This document shows positions 1 through 9,895 of a stretch of 64,000 bases of DNA, piece after piece (positions within the stretch are counted from its first letter, which is position 1; each line of letters starts with the position of its first letter). The position numbers and the translations under genes were made by a program. Where the stretch lies: positions 1-64,000 of the forward strand of contig JANRJA010000028.1 of assembly GCA_033764315.1 (NCBI GenBank), in the 5' to 3' direction. The DNA is from Oculatellaceae cyanobacterium bins.114 (GTDB lineage: Bacteria; Cyanobacteriota; Cyanobacteriia; Elainellales; Elainellaceae). The notes below the pieces were generated by a model, which had not been told where the DNA came from, did no database searches, and saw nothing but the letters and a program-made list of their open reading frames with translations.

Positions 1-65
1 GGCTTGGAAAACAATGGGGCAAACGTTACGATTAAGGGTAGAAATTCTTGCGGTAGCAGGTTCAT
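1..65 (-). CDS. Putative transposase, N-terminal 21 codons (runs off the window edge)
   Basis: Manual translation of the minus strand from ATG at 65-63; open to the window edge. Confidence 0.5.
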   Translation of the reverse strand, partial: MNLLPQEFLPLIVTFAPLFSK

Positions 66-135
66 CAGGATAAATCCAACAACTCTTTCCTGATCTTGCT
101 ACCTTTCCTCCACTTCAAAATGGATAAAGTCGAGC
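1..135 (-). mobile_element. One end of an IS701-like insertion sequence (partial; continues beyond the window)
   Basis: Minus-strand ATG at 65 gives MNLLPQEFLPLIVTFAPLFSK, resembling N-termini of IS701-like DDE transposases (…FAPLFSxxVW…). Candidate terminal repeat ATGGATAAAGTCGAGC at 120-135 is followed by TTAG. Confidence 0.55.
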
Positions 136-295
136 TTAGAACTTAGAACTTAGAACTCAGCACTCAGAACTTAGCACTCAGCACTCAGCACTCAGCACTT
201 AGCACTTAGAACTTAGAACTCAGCACTCAGCACTCAGCACTCAGCACTTAGCACTTAGAACTTAGAACTCAGCACTCAGCACTCAGCACTCAACA
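135..295. repeat. Heptamer tandem repeat array, 23 x CT(T/C)AG(A/C)A (STRR-like)
   Basis: Direct reading: contiguous 7-bp units CTTAGAA/CTCAGCA/CTTAGCA/CTCAGAA from 135 to 295; the last unit is the variant CTCAACA. Confidence 0.97.
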
Positions 296-348
296 CTTCT
301 CCATAAAATCAGCGTTCAACTGTCCTTGCACCTGGTCAAATCGGCAAC

Positions 349-2277
349 TTAGACGGGCACAAAGGTGAGTTTATCAATCCGAACATGTTCGGTATTGTTT
401 TCAATACCTTTCAACCCAATCGTGTCTCCTGGTGCCAGTGTTACATTGGCGATCGTGTGACTGGTCAGATTGCTAGAAGACGTCGATGAGCTACCCAAGC
501 TTTGATTAAATTGCCAGGAAGACACCGTCTGATCTTCGACACTTAAGGAGGCAGAGGCAACTCCATCGGTTTCATCAAAATAACCGACCACAATGTTGTA
601 GCGTCCTTGCACACCCGTGAAGTCAAAGGACGCGGTGCCCTGCTCATTAGCCGCCCCATCGTTAAAGCTAATCACCTTGCCACCTGATGCAGAGGACACA
701 GCTTCCTGACGAAAGCCCGTTAGTTGAGTGATATTTTCTGCTTCAACCGTTATGGTTTGAGCGGTGGCTGTGGTTGGGGTGGGTGAAGGACTGGGAGATC
801 CTAAATTTAACGCTTGGGTAGAAGCGGCTCCACTATAGAGTTGTGATTGCGGAATCACCTCTCGCTGTTGGCTGCCGCTAGACCATTCCAACTTAGAGAT
901 CGCGTTCCCAGTATTGTCAAAATATTCCAACTGAATGTCGTAGCGTTGCCCAGCCTCCAAGCGAATTTTGCCACTGGTTGTTTTAGTCGATTGATTGCGC
1001 CAATTATTGACAATCTGTTGACCATTGACCCACAATCGCACCCCATCATCAGTCGAGGTGTAGAATGTGTACTCTTCACTATAGCGGGGTTGAATTTGCC
1101 CTTTCCACCGCACTGAGAACGTATCAGACCCCACTGTAGAATCGGGCGACCCACTGCCCCAATTAAAGTTCACTGTGGAATCGGTTCGCTTCACTGCTGC
1201 GTTAGTAAAGTCTGTGTTGTTGAAATACTCCCCATATAAACCGTTGCCTGTACCGTTGATGGGGCTTGGAGGTGTAGGAGTCGGAGTAGGAATTGGGGCA
1301 GGGGCAGGAGTTGGGGTGGGGCTAGGCAGAGGAGTGGCGGCATCTCCAGAGGGTGCTGTCCAACGAATGATGGATCCGTCCTCACTACTGGTCAGAATGG
1401 TGCCATCTGGAGCAAAGTCGATATATTCAATCCCTTGAGCGTGTCCCTGAACGTTTTGAACTAATCGCCAATCTGAGGTGCGGTAGACGCGCAGGGCACT
1501 GGTCGATCGCGTGCCATCCCCACCGCCTCCACCCACTACTAATGATTTGCCATCGGGACTCCACGCCAATGACTCCACAATGTAGGCATCGTTTGGAATA
1601 TCAACGCGGCTGACCAGGGTGCCATCTAGCCGAAAGACGCTGAATGACGTATCTTTGCCATTGGCAGTGGCAATCAAGTCGCCATCGGGGGAGAGCCGCA
1701 CTGACTTCACGGAACCCCCACTAGCCGCGGCTGTGAATGAGCGAATTTGAGTGCCATCAGAGGCTCGGTTGATGTAGACGCGACGACTACTTCCAGCAGA
1801 AATGATGGACTGTGAGTCTTTTGTAAACTCAATCGAGTTGGTGGCTCCGCCTGTCGAAAAGGAGTAACGCCGTGACCAGTCAGAGGTGTTGTACACGTTG
1901 ACCGAGTTGCCATTGGCAAATGCTAGCAGTTGCCCATTAGGACTCCACGCCATGCCATCTACTTCAGAGGCTGACAGACTTCTGAGTAACTGACCATTGC
2001 TTGCCTGATAAATTTTGACTCCACCAACGTTGCCACCTGCTGCAATGTATTGTCCGTTTGGTGAGAAGGCGATGGATTCAATTTCGCCAGATGTGCCAGT
2101 GTTGTTGTTGAATTGGGCTTCCCAGAGCTTTTGTCCGGAACTGCTGTAAAACCGCAGTTTACCGTCTGCTGCGCCTGCTGCAATGTAGCGGGCATCTGGG
2201 GAAAATTCAGCTACCTCAGAGGTACCCGATAGCCCCCTTGGATCGACTGTTTGTTGCCAAAGAATCGATGGACTCAT
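349..2277 (-). CDS. WD40 beta-propeller + Pro/Thr linker + PA14 domain + C-terminal CBM-like domain protein
   Basis: Repeated (F/W)SPDG/SPNG WD40 units; PA14 signature GLYGEYFNN…NFNWGSGSP…FSVRWKGQI…DDGVRLWVNG; C-terminal VEAEN…ASGG…YFDETDG…RIDKLTF module. Confidence 0.85.
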   Translation of the reverse strand: MSPSILWQQTVDPRGLSGTSEVAEFSPDARYIAAGAADGKLRFYSSSGQKLWEAQFNNNTGTSGEIESIAFSPNGQYIAAGGNVGGVKIYQASNGQLLRSLSASEVDGMAWSPNGQLLAFANGNSVNVYNTSDWSRRYSFSTGGATNSIEFTKDSQSIISAGSSRRVYINRASDGTQIRSFTAAASGGSVKSVRLSPDGDLIATANGKDTSFSVFRLDGTLVSRVDIPNDAYIVESLAWSPDGKSLVVGGGGGDGTRSTSALRVYRTSDWRLVQNVQGHAQGIEYIDFAPDGTILTSSEDGSIIRWTAPSGDAATPLPSPTPTPAPAPIPTPTPTPPSPINGTGNGLYGEYFNNTDFTNAAVKRTDSTVNFNWGSGSPDSTVGSDTFSVRWKGQIQPRYSEEYTFYTSTDDGVRLWVNGQQIVNNWRNQSTKTTSGKIRLEAGQRYDIQLEYFDNTGNAISKLEWSSGSQQREVIPQSQLYSGAASTQALNLGSPSPSPTPTTATAQTITVEAENITQLTGFRQEAVSSASGGKVISFNDGAANEQGTASFDFTGVQGRYNIVVGYFDETDGVASASLSVEDQTVSSWQFNQSLGSSSTSSSNLTSHTIANVTLAPGDTIGLKGIENNTEHVRIDKLTFVPV

Positions 2278-2295
2278 TCGTTTTCCTCCTGGAGA

Positions 2296-3048
2296 TTAGA
2301 TCAATATCAATTGTTTTGATGCGAGGCTGGCGATGTAGGCATCGACTTGCTGCTGCATCCAGTTTTCAAACAACTCGTTTAGCAGGTGTTGTCTTGTTGC
2401 CGCATCAAGTTGAGCAGGTAACAACTGTTCCAGTCGCAAAATCACCCACCATTCACCAACAGGCATGGGATAGCAAATTTCACCGGGGGCTGATGAGATC
2501 AGTTTTCGTCTCACATCGATGTGGGGCTTGGTGAGAGCACAAGGACCAATCATGCCGCCTGTGCTGCGTTCAAACCCTTCTGAGTATTCTTTTGCCAAGT
2601 CTTGAAAGGATTCTTCGCCTTCTGCTAGTCGGCAATAAAGCTCTAGGGCTAATCCTTCATCCTTGACTCGAATAAAGCTGTAGATGACTTGATCGAGATC
2701 GTCTTTGCGTTTTAGGAAATAGGTTCTAAGCCGTAATCCCCATTGTTTGAGCTTGAATTTATCAAGCTTGATTTGGCGTTCGATCCATTGCAAAAAGTGT
2801 TGTTGATCTCGAAAACCCTGTGACAAAATCCACGCTTGTTGTTGATCATCTGTGAGTAATTGATCTTGAGAGAGCAGCATTTGCACACGAGTATGGATCT
2901 CAAGTTGATCACAGGTAAAAGGGGCGATCGCTTCATCAATGATGAGTTCTCGCACAAGCGATGGCAGCAGACGGTGTTCTGCTAAAAGTTTGATGATCTT
3001 TCTGGAACTGCCCAAACGATCACTTATGTTTGATTGTTGCAAAATCAA
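2296..3048 (-). CDS. PpiC/parvulin-type peptidylprolyl isomerase (cyanobacterial T1SS-associated type)
   Basis: Motifs YFLKRKDDLDQVIYSFIR…ELY…EGEESFQDLAKEYSEG…GG.IGP; TTG start is uncertain. Confidence 0.85.
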   Translation of the reverse strand: MILQQSNISDRLGSSRKIIKLLAEHRLLPSLVRELIIDEAIAPFTCDQLEIHTRVQMLLSQDQLLTDDQQQAWILSQGFRDQQHFLQWIERQIKLDKFKLKQWGLRLRTYFLKRKDDLDQVIYSFIRVKDEGLALELYCRLAEGEESFQDLAKEYSEGFERSTGGMIGPCALTKPHIDVRRKLISSAPGEICYPMPVGEWWVILRLEQLLPAQLDAATRQHLLNELFENWMQQQVDAYIASLASKQLILI

Positions 3049-3581
3049 TCCTCAAAGCTACCAAATGTGCCGTTAGGAAGCGATCGCAATGTCATTCAAC
3101 ATTGTGTGAATTGAAATCCAGGTAAGCACCATCAAGACATTGGAAGACTAAGTTCCAATTTTGTAATCAGCAGCAATGGACTTCAAAAATTCCTAACAGC
3201 TAAAGGAGTGGAAATCAGAGATTAAATAGGGAGATGCATTCATCGTTAACCGAATTTCCCTGATATTTTTGTTTGCCGACTCCGTTGAGCCACTGATAGT
3301 TGGGAACGTTAAACTTCGTGACGAGCGCACTACAAAATAGTTCCAGTTGAGTCGAAATTTTGTTACAAGCGATCGCACAACTGTTTGGAAATACAGCAAC
3401 TTGTAGCCAAAATTTGTTTCTAAGAAAGTGGAACCTGCACCCAATTTTTCTTTTAATTGCTATCAACTAAATGTGTCAAACGAGACGGTAGAAGCACCCA
3501 GTTGATTTAGTTTGTTGGTGTTTTGGAGCGTGAAATCGCGCCTTTATGTAACCAAATGTATCAGTAAGATTTGGGTTTGGC

Positions 3582-5222
3582 CTATATCTTAGGACGGGTA
3601 ACTAATACCCAATCTTCAAAAGTACCAACGATTTGTTGAGGCTCTAACTCTAGTGATCGCACTTTTTCTGAGCTGATGAGCGCATAGGGTTGATTTATTT
3701 GTCTCCAGTCTTTCCACCACTTCTTCAGTTGGTTATCTGTAGCAGGGATAACGCGGCGATCGCTGTAAAAGTCGAGTGAGGGGCGTTGATAGGCAAATGA
3801 GGTATAGATGACTTGATTGGGGGGAGTATTTTTTTGAATGAACTGTGCCACAGGCTTGACTGGGTAGGCTTCGTTTAACTCCCAAAGCCAGTTATTAGAG
3901 GCCATCAGCAACACCAGAGCAAGATAGGTTCCCCAAATTAATACTGGGATGAATTGCGGATCTTGTCTGGCGACTAATACCGTTGTCACGGTTAGGGTGA
4001 GAGCGAGTAGAGCGAAAATGACAGCCAGATCGGGTTCTAAGGGTGAACTGAAGCCCGCAAAATAGACTGCACCTGCTGTCATGACCAAAATAAAGAGACT
4101 AAAAACCGTCACCCAGACCTCAGAGTAAGGGGTGAGGGGAGGTTGTTTTACCCCAATATGGCGTCCTTGTTCCCACATGAATGACAGTTGGTTGCCACAG
4201 ATTAACGCCAACGCAGGATATAACGGCAAAACATACCACGGAAGCTTGGTTGACATGGCTGAAATGGCAATGAAATAGATACCACCCCAAGCGATCGCCA
4301 GTTTTGCCCAACCCAGGTTGCGATGTTCCCAAGCGTGCTTTAGACCCAAGGGCAAGAACAGTAACCAGGGAAAGCCATACTTCACAATTTCCAGCAGATA
4401 GTACCAGGGAGGCCCAGAGCGATCGTCAACTGGTTTCACCACCCGCTCGGCAGACTGTTCAAGGAAGTGAGTATTGATAAACGACTGCCCATAGTGTTGC
4501 CATTGTGCCCCATACCACAGCAACACCGGAGAACATCCCAGCCCAATGCCCAACCACAAATAGGGAGAGGTCAACAGACGGGGCGTATCCCAAATTAGAA
4601 ACGCGAGGGCGATCGCCCCCAGCAACACGCCCATCATCACCCCTTTGGTCAGGCAGATCAACCCCAACCCAATGCCGATGCCCAAGGCATAGCGTGTATC
4701 TCGGCGCGATCGCAATACACACCACATCATCAGCATCAGAAAACACAGCACGGCTCCATCTAACATAGCCAATCGACCCTGTCGAACGACAGGCAGGGTC
4801 GTTAAATAAACCAGAGCTGTAAATAGAGCGGGAGTGCGGTAGTGAAACAACTCACGCCCAACGCCATAGAGCAACGGCACCGAAAACGCAGTTAATATCG
4901 CACCGGGTAAGCGGGTTGTCCACTCATTCACGCCGCCAATCGAATAGGCGATCGCAATTAACCAATGCATCAGGGGCGGTTTGTTGAAATAGGGTTCATC
5001 CCCTAAAGTGGGATACAACCAGGTCGATAAATCAGATTTGGCTTGCAACATTTCTCGTGCCACTTGGGCAACGGTTCCCTCGTCCCAATCGCGCAATGTC
5101 ACTCCGCCTAGATCAATGCCAAACAAGACAGCAGCGGCTATCAGGAGTATCCCCACCCACAACCAATCCGTTTGGTCAGGTCTGCGACGCAACCAATTCT
5201 CAGACTGCCCCAAAACTTGCAT
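3582..5222 (-). CDS. ArnT/PMT (GT39/GT83-like) membrane glycosyltransferase
   Basis: LRDWDEG, PYFNKPPL, RLAMLD, LTKG and TKLPWYVLP motifs; many TM segments. Confidence 0.9.
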   Translation of the reverse strand: MQVLGQSENWLRRRPDQTDWLWVGILLIAAAVLFGIDLGGVTLRDWDEGTVAQVAREMLQAKSDLSTWLYPTLGDEPYFNKPPLMHWLIAIAYSIGGVNEWTTRLPGAILTAFSVPLLYGVGRELFHYRTPALFTALVYLTTLPVVRQGRLAMLDGAVLCFLMLMMWCVLRSRRDTRYALGIGIGLGLICLTKGVMMGVLLGAIALAFLIWDTPRLLTSPYLWLGIGLGCSPVLLWYGAQWQHYGQSFINTHFLEQSAERVVKPVDDRSGPPWYYLLEIVKYGFPWLLFLPLGLKHAWEHRNLGWAKLAIAWGGIYFIAISAMSTKLPWYVLPLYPALALICGNQLSFMWEQGRHIGVKQPPLTPYSEVWVTVFSLFILVMTAGAVYFAGFSSPLEPDLAVIFALLALTLTVTTVLVARQDPQFIPVLIWGTYLALVLLMASNNWLWELNEAYPVKPVAQFIQKNTPPNQVIYTSFAYQRPSLDFYSDRRVIPATDNQLKKWWKDWRQINQPYALISSEKVRSLELEPQQIVGTFEDWVLVTRPKI

Positions 5223-5606
5223 TCTTATCCTTCCACTGATGGAATTTAAACCCTAGACCCCACCCTCAACATTGAGCGACAGAGCCTGATCTAAAAATGT
5301 GATATAGACTACGAATCACAAATTATCACTAACACTCATCACCGTCCTTTATTGTGAACTGTTCATTCTCAAAGTGGCAGTGAATTATCTCAATGTTTTG
5401 TAATTTTGTTATCAAGTTTTGAGGAAAAATCAGAATAATAATCGTGGAAAAATTTTCCTCTAATGCTTTAATTTGACCTAAGCGCGTTAAAAACCCACTT
5501 TTGGAGAATTTTCTCCCCATTCACACTTTTCATTGGTGCCTTTCTCATTCTCTCTGCCCTCTTGTCTTCTACTGATATTGTTAACAGTAGGGTTTGGCGA
5601 TTTGTC

Positions 5607-6662
5607 ATGGATGTTTCTATCATCGGAGCGAGTGGCGATTGCGGACGAGAGATTGTCACCCAATTGCTGGTGGCACGTGTGGTATCGCCGTCAGAGCGAT
5701 TGCAATTAGTAGGGCGAGCGGGTGGGCGCAGTGCTCAGATTTTGGTGGGGCTATGCAGCGATTTAGAGGATGCCTATGCTGAAATGGCTCCTGAATTAGA
5801 TGTGGCATTACAGCCTGAAGATGTGGTGGGGGATGTGATTGTCATGGCAGCCGGAGCCACGGTGGGTGGCAAGGTGACCTCCAGATCTGAGCTAGCACAA
5901 GTGAATCTGCCGCTGTTTGAGAGCTATGCCAAGGCGATCGCCCGCTATGGACACGGTCACGAAATCATCATTGTGGTGACAAACCCGGTTGAACTTGCGG
6001 TTGAGGTGTTTAGTCGTTATCTCGATCGCCATCAAGTAATTGGCATTGGGGCTTACTCTGACTCCTTGAGGTTTCGCCGCGAGATCGCGGCTGATGTGGG
6101 CATTCGACGACAACTGGTGCAAGGCTTTGTCGTCGGCGAACACGGCGATGGCCTGGTACCACTGTGGAGCAGTGTGCAAATTCAGGGAATGGATACGGAG
6201 GAATTGCAGTCCATCTTAAAGCGGTTGCGGCGGGGTCGGTTAATTCATGCGTTTCCTGATGAGGTGAGTCGCGAAAAACAGATTGTGCTGAATAATCTGC
6301 AAGAAAACAATGTGCAAGATGTTTATGAATATGTCGATCGCCTGCCTCCCGATCTGAGAGTCGTGATCAAGCCCTATGTCACCCATCTGTCAGGGGCTAA
6401 AACGATTTCTGCCACGGCTAACGTTACGGTTGATCTGGTCAAAACTTTGCTGGATGGCAAAGAAATCGTCGTGTCTGGGCAGGTGCAACTCGAAGGCGAG
6501 TTTTATGGCATTCACACTCCCATTGGGGTGCCGATTGTGGTGACTCCGTTTGGCTGGACTCAGGTTGTGCCCTTGCAATTGTGGGAAGAGGAGGCTCAAT
6601 TACTCAAACGTCTTGCTGAGCAACTCAAACGGCGACTCAAAGAGGATTGGCGACATGCATGA
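5607..6662 (+). CDS. Lactate/malate dehydrogenase-family protein (atypical specificity loop)
   Basis: Rossmann IIGASGDCG, VVTNPVE, SDSLRFR and catalytic GEHGD motifs; ATG at 5607 chosen as the start. Confidence 0.85.
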   Translation: MDVSIIGASGDCGREIVTQLLVARVVSPSERLQLVGRAGGRSAQILVGLCSDLEDAYAEMAPELDVALQPEDVVGDVIVMAAGATVGGKVTSRSELAQVNLPLFESYAKAIARYGHGHEIIIVVTNPVELAVEVFSRYLDRHQVIGIGAYSDSLRFRREIAADVGIRRQLVQGFVVGEHGDGLVPLWSSVQIQGMDTEELQSILKRLRRGRLIHAFPDEVSREKQIVLNNLQENNVQDVYEYVDRLPPDLRVVIKPYVTHLSGAKTISATANVTVDLVKTLLDGKEIVVSGQVQLEGEFYGIHTPIGVPIVVTPFGWTQVVPLQLWEEEAQLLKRLAEQLKRRLKEDWRHA

Positions 6663-7122
6663 ACAACGCTGGGTATTTGTAGTCCAGGCTCTTGATAAGC
6701 CGGGGGTGTTGACCGCCGCTGCATCGGTTTTCTCGAATCGAGGCGTGTCCCTTGAAGGAATCTTGGGTAGTGGCATTGCGGCTACTACGGCTGAGGATGC
6801 GCGGCTGATTTTGAGCTTTCGAGCGGTTGAACGTAAAAAAGATCTGTTGTTGCGGGCGTTGCAACGGTTAGCCAAAGTGGTGCATGTGGATGTCTATCTC
6901 TATACGGATCCGCGATTAAGAGCGATCGCCATTGCCAGAGTTTCTAGCCTTGACGCTCTTACTGTTGCCGACACCACCCTAAGACATGAAATGATTTCGC
7001 AAACTCCAGATGAACTGACCGTGCTATTTACAGGCAGCACCACGGCGATCGAAACCGTTATTGAGACACTGCGGCAACACGGTGTCTTACTGGATGTTGT
7101 TGGGTCAGCGATCGCGGTATGA
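6655..7122 (+). CDS. ACT-domain protein resembling acetolactate synthase regulatory subunits
   Basis: N-terminal VVQALDKPGVLTAAASVFSNRGVSLE is an ACT signature; ATG at 6655 overlaps the upstream gene by 8 bp. Confidence 0.75.
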   Translation: MHEQRWVFVVQALDKPGVLTAAASVFSNRGVSLEGILGSGIAATTAEDARLILSFRAVERKKDLLLRALQRLAKVVHVDVYLYTDPRLRAIAIARVSSLDALTVADTTLRHEMISQTPDELTVLFTGSTTAIETVIETLRQHGVLLDVVGSAIAV

Positions 7123-7160
7123 CCCCACCCCTGCTCGCTGCCTTCCCAAATCGTCCTCCC

Positions 7161-7187
7161 GTACAGATGCGATTAATCACGTCTCTG
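7161..7187. repeat. REP-like palindrome GTACAGA(C/T)GCGATTAATC(G/A)CGTCTC, copy 1
   Basis: Imperfect palindrome between convergent genes; near-identical copy at 8984-9008. Confidence 0.75.
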
Positions 7188-7193
7188 TCTGCC

Positions 7194-8240
7194 CTACAAC
7201 CGTGCAGCACAAATTGCTGCCCCGATTAAACCCACATTGGAATTAATAATCACATGTACTGGTACCCGCTCAACCAGTGGGCTGACCCGTCCTTTGGCCG
7301 AAAACGCTTCTAAAAAGGTGCCCGATTTCATCAGGGTCAGGTTTTTGGCTGCAATGCCGCCCGCCAAATATAGACCCCCGTAGGGCAAAAGTTTTAGTGC
7401 CAGATTACCTGCCTCTGCGCCATAAGCAGACGCAAACAGTTGCATGGTTTGTTCTGAGAGGCGATCGCCTTCTGCTGCCGCTTTAGAAATCACTGCGGCT
7501 GGGTCTACCGTCTTCTCACTCATGCCCACCTCACCTTCCCAGGTGCGAATCTGCTCTGCTACCACAGGAGATTCATCTGAGACGTAGCGATCGCGCAAAA
7601 ACTGATAGACCGACACAATGCCCTGTCCTGAAACCACTCGCTCAACCGATACACGGCTAATCTTGTGTTTCTCTAAGAGATAGCGCATCAATTGAAATTC
7701 CAGTTCTGAGCGGGGGGCAAAATCGGCATGGCCGCCCTCTGAAGGATAAATCTTGTAGCTGTCGCCTTGACGAATTAAGAACCCTTGTCCCAATCCGGTG
7801 CCTGCCCCAATCACCGCGATCGGGGCATTCTCATCTAATTCTCCCACCTGCAACGTTTGCAAGTCTGAGGGTTCTAATCCCAAAACCCCGTATCCTACGG
7901 CTTCAAAATCATTGATCAACGACACCTGACCAATCATCAATTCTTCTTGAAGCCTCTCTCCACTTAAAGACCAGGGCAAGTTTGTCACCCGTGAGGTGTT
8001 ATTGACAACTGGACCTGCCACTGCAAAACAGGCCTTCTCTAATTTTGGAAAACTAACCAGTTCGAGTTCGGCTGCCACCAAAAACTTTCGCACCAATGGC
8101 ACTAAGTCTAAAAATTCAGCACTGGCATAGCGGTTTTCATACAACGGTTTGAGCTTTGTTTTGCCGTCACTTGTTTCAACTTCGACCAACCGCAAAATCG
8201 TCTTCGTTCCACCAATGTCTCCTGCCAGCAATAGTGTCAT
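7194..8240 (-). CDS. glk: Glucokinase
   Basis: LAGDIGGTKT, INDFEAVGYG, GAGTGLG, SEGGHADFAP, SVERVVSGQG, GGLYLAGGI. Confidence 0.95.
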   Translation of the reverse strand: MTLLLAGDIGGTKTILRLVEVETSDGKTKLKPLYENRYASAEFLDLVPLVRKFLVAAELELVSFPKLEKACFAVAGPVVNNTSRVTNLPWSLSGERLQEELMIGQVSLINDFEAVGYGVLGLEPSDLQTLQVGELDENAPIAVIGAGTGLGQGFLIRQGDSYKIYPSEGGHADFAPRSELEFQLMRYLLEKHKISRVSVERVVSGQGIVSVYQFLRDRYVSDESPVVAEQIRTWEGEVGMSEKTVDPAAVISKAAAEGDRLSEQTMQLFASAYGAEAGNLALKLLPYGGLYLAGGIAAKNLTLMKSGTFLEAFSAKGRVSPLVERVPVHVIINSNVGLIGAAICAARL

Positions 8241-8326
8241 GACTCTTATGCTCCATTCCTTTCCCTATAGTGCTAGATTCCAATTAAAAGTAGATAAGCC
8301 AAACGTTGCAATTTCCCTCAAAGCTT

Positions 8327-8968
8327 ATGAATTTATCGATTGCTGATTTGCGTCGAGACTACACTCTCAAAGGACTTCATGAAACCGAGGTTGATCCTGA
8401 CCCGTTCAAGCAATTTCAGACTTGGTTTGAGCAGGCGATCGCGGCTCAACTTCCTGAACCCAACGCCATGACTTTGGCGACAGCCACACCCGATGGCATT
8501 CCCTCAGCGCGTGTAGTTTTACTCAAAGGCTTTGATCCGCGTGGTTTTGTCTTTTACACCAATTACCATAGCCGTAAGGGGCAAGAATTGGCACACAATT
8601 CCAAAGCGGCTTTAGTGTTTTGGTGGGCAGAGTTGGAACGCCAAGTTCGGATTCAGGGAGACGTTCAACCCGTTTCGGCTGAGGAGTCAGACACTTATTT
8701 TCACAGTCGCCCCATTGGGAGCCAGCTTGGAGCCTGGGCATCTGAGCAGAGCCAAGTAGTTGGCGATCGCACGGTTCTCGAACAACGCCTTCAGGAGTTG
8801 CAGGAACAGTATCAAAATCAGGAGATTCCTCGTCCGCCTCACTGGGGTGGTTATCGCGTCAACCCCTATAGCATCGAGTTTTGGCAAGGGCGACCCAGCC
8901 GATTGCACGATCGATTGCTTTATAAACGGGGCGATCGCCAGTGGGATATTGCTCGACTCTCGCCATAA
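8327..8968 (+). CDS. pdxH: Pyridoxamine 5'-phosphate oxidase
   Basis: [46 protein letters not shown] at 8327. Confidence 0.95.
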   Translation: MNLSIADLRRDYTLKGLHETEVDPDPFKQFQTWFEQAIAAQLPEPNAMTLATATPDGIPSARVVLLKGFDPRGFVFYTNYHSRKGQELAHNSKAALVFWWAELERQVRIQGDVQPVSAEESDTYFHSRPIGSQLGAWASEQSQVVGDRTVLEQRLQELQEQYQNQEIPRPPHWGGYRVNPYSIEFWQGRPSRLHDRLLYKRGDRQWDIARLSP

Positions 8969-8983
8969 TCACGATAAAAAATG

Positions 8984-9008
8984 GTACAGACGCGATTAAT
9001 CGCGTCTC
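8984..9008. repeat. REP-like palindrome, copy 2
   Basis: GTACAGACGCGATTAATCGCGTCTC downstream of pdxH. Confidence 0.75.
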
Positions 9009-9178
9009 CCACCCAATTATCTTTCCTCGTGCAACCTTTCAATATGAAATTGAATGGCCTATACAATTAGCTGTCGCACTTCTTCCAGTGTTTCACTTAT
9101 AGCTACACATTCCGGCAAATCAGGAACATAGATTCCATAAACCGCAGAAGCAAGGCTCAATTAGAACAATGCAACCTA

Positions 9179-9401
9179 TTACAATAGCTCAATAAACTCG
9201 TCCACACTCAACCCAACTTGGCAAATAATTGCTCGTAACGTTCCACGAGTCCACTCTTTATGATTTGGAACAACCACTTCAGCATAGAGATCATCGCGAC
9301 GCACAATAATTATGACTACCTTTTTGCCTAACAACGTCAAAGCCAATGCTTTTCAATGCCCTGATGCACTCTGCACCTGAGATACAGGATAATTTGCTCA
9401 T
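9179..9401 (-). pseudogene. hicA: Frameshifted HicA-family toxin
   Basis: MSKLSCISGAECIRALKSIGFDVVRQKGSH, then one extra A (CAT-A-ATT), then IIVRRDDLYAEVVVPNHKEWTRGTLRAIICQVGLSVDEFIELL*. Span is 223 bp (3n+1); ATGA overlap with the hicB stop. Confidence 0.85.
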
Positions 9402-9769
9402 ACATCGACCATAACTGTCTCAAAGCGATCTTCAGGAATCGATCGCCCCTCATCTTGCAACACTTCAAGGTAAAGCTGAATCGCTTCTTTGATATTTGCG
9501 ATCGCCTCTTTTTTGGTTTCACCTTGACTGATACAAGGTGGCAGACTTGGGCATTCAGCTACCCAATAGTTATCTTCATCTGGGTAAACAATTACTTGTC
9601 TTGTGTGAATTAGTTTGCTTGTTATAGCATCTTCAAACAATTCTCTCAGCAACACTCTCTTCTGGTTGTCTGAAAGATGCTTCACTTGACGAATAAAGTT
9701 TTCACCTGTCAACTCTGAAGATGAAGATAGTCTTGTTTCAGGACTATTAATGCTTAACCGTTTTATCAA
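9398..9769 (-). CDS. hicB: HicB-family antitoxin with N-terminal extension (start uncertain)
   Basis: RQVIVYPDEDNYWVAECPSLPPCISQGETKKEAIANIKEAIQLYLE is a typical short HicB; no ATG at the usual position. Confidence 0.75.
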   Translation of the reverse strand: MIKRLSINSPETRLSSSSELTGENFIRQVKHLSDNQKRVLLRELFEDAITSKLIHTRQVIVYPDEDNYWVAECPSLPPCISQGETKKEAIANIKEAIQLYLEVLQDEGRSIPEDRFETVMVDV

Positions 9770-9895
9770 GTAGGGAGGCTTGAGTTGATGCTTAAACTTA
9801 GATCCTTTTCGATGCTTTGCGGTGCGCTTGACCTCTGATCACCTTCGTAAGAGGATGGCATTGCAGTATTCCGATACTACATCTCAAAGCTTAAC

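Noticed and set aside
135-295. CRISPR array
   Set aside because: Contiguous 7-bp units without unique spacers; no cas genes in the window.
3193-3466. Short ORFs upstream of the parvulin gene
   Set aside because: Overlapping, AT-rich, non-ATG starts and no motifs; probably promoter DNA.
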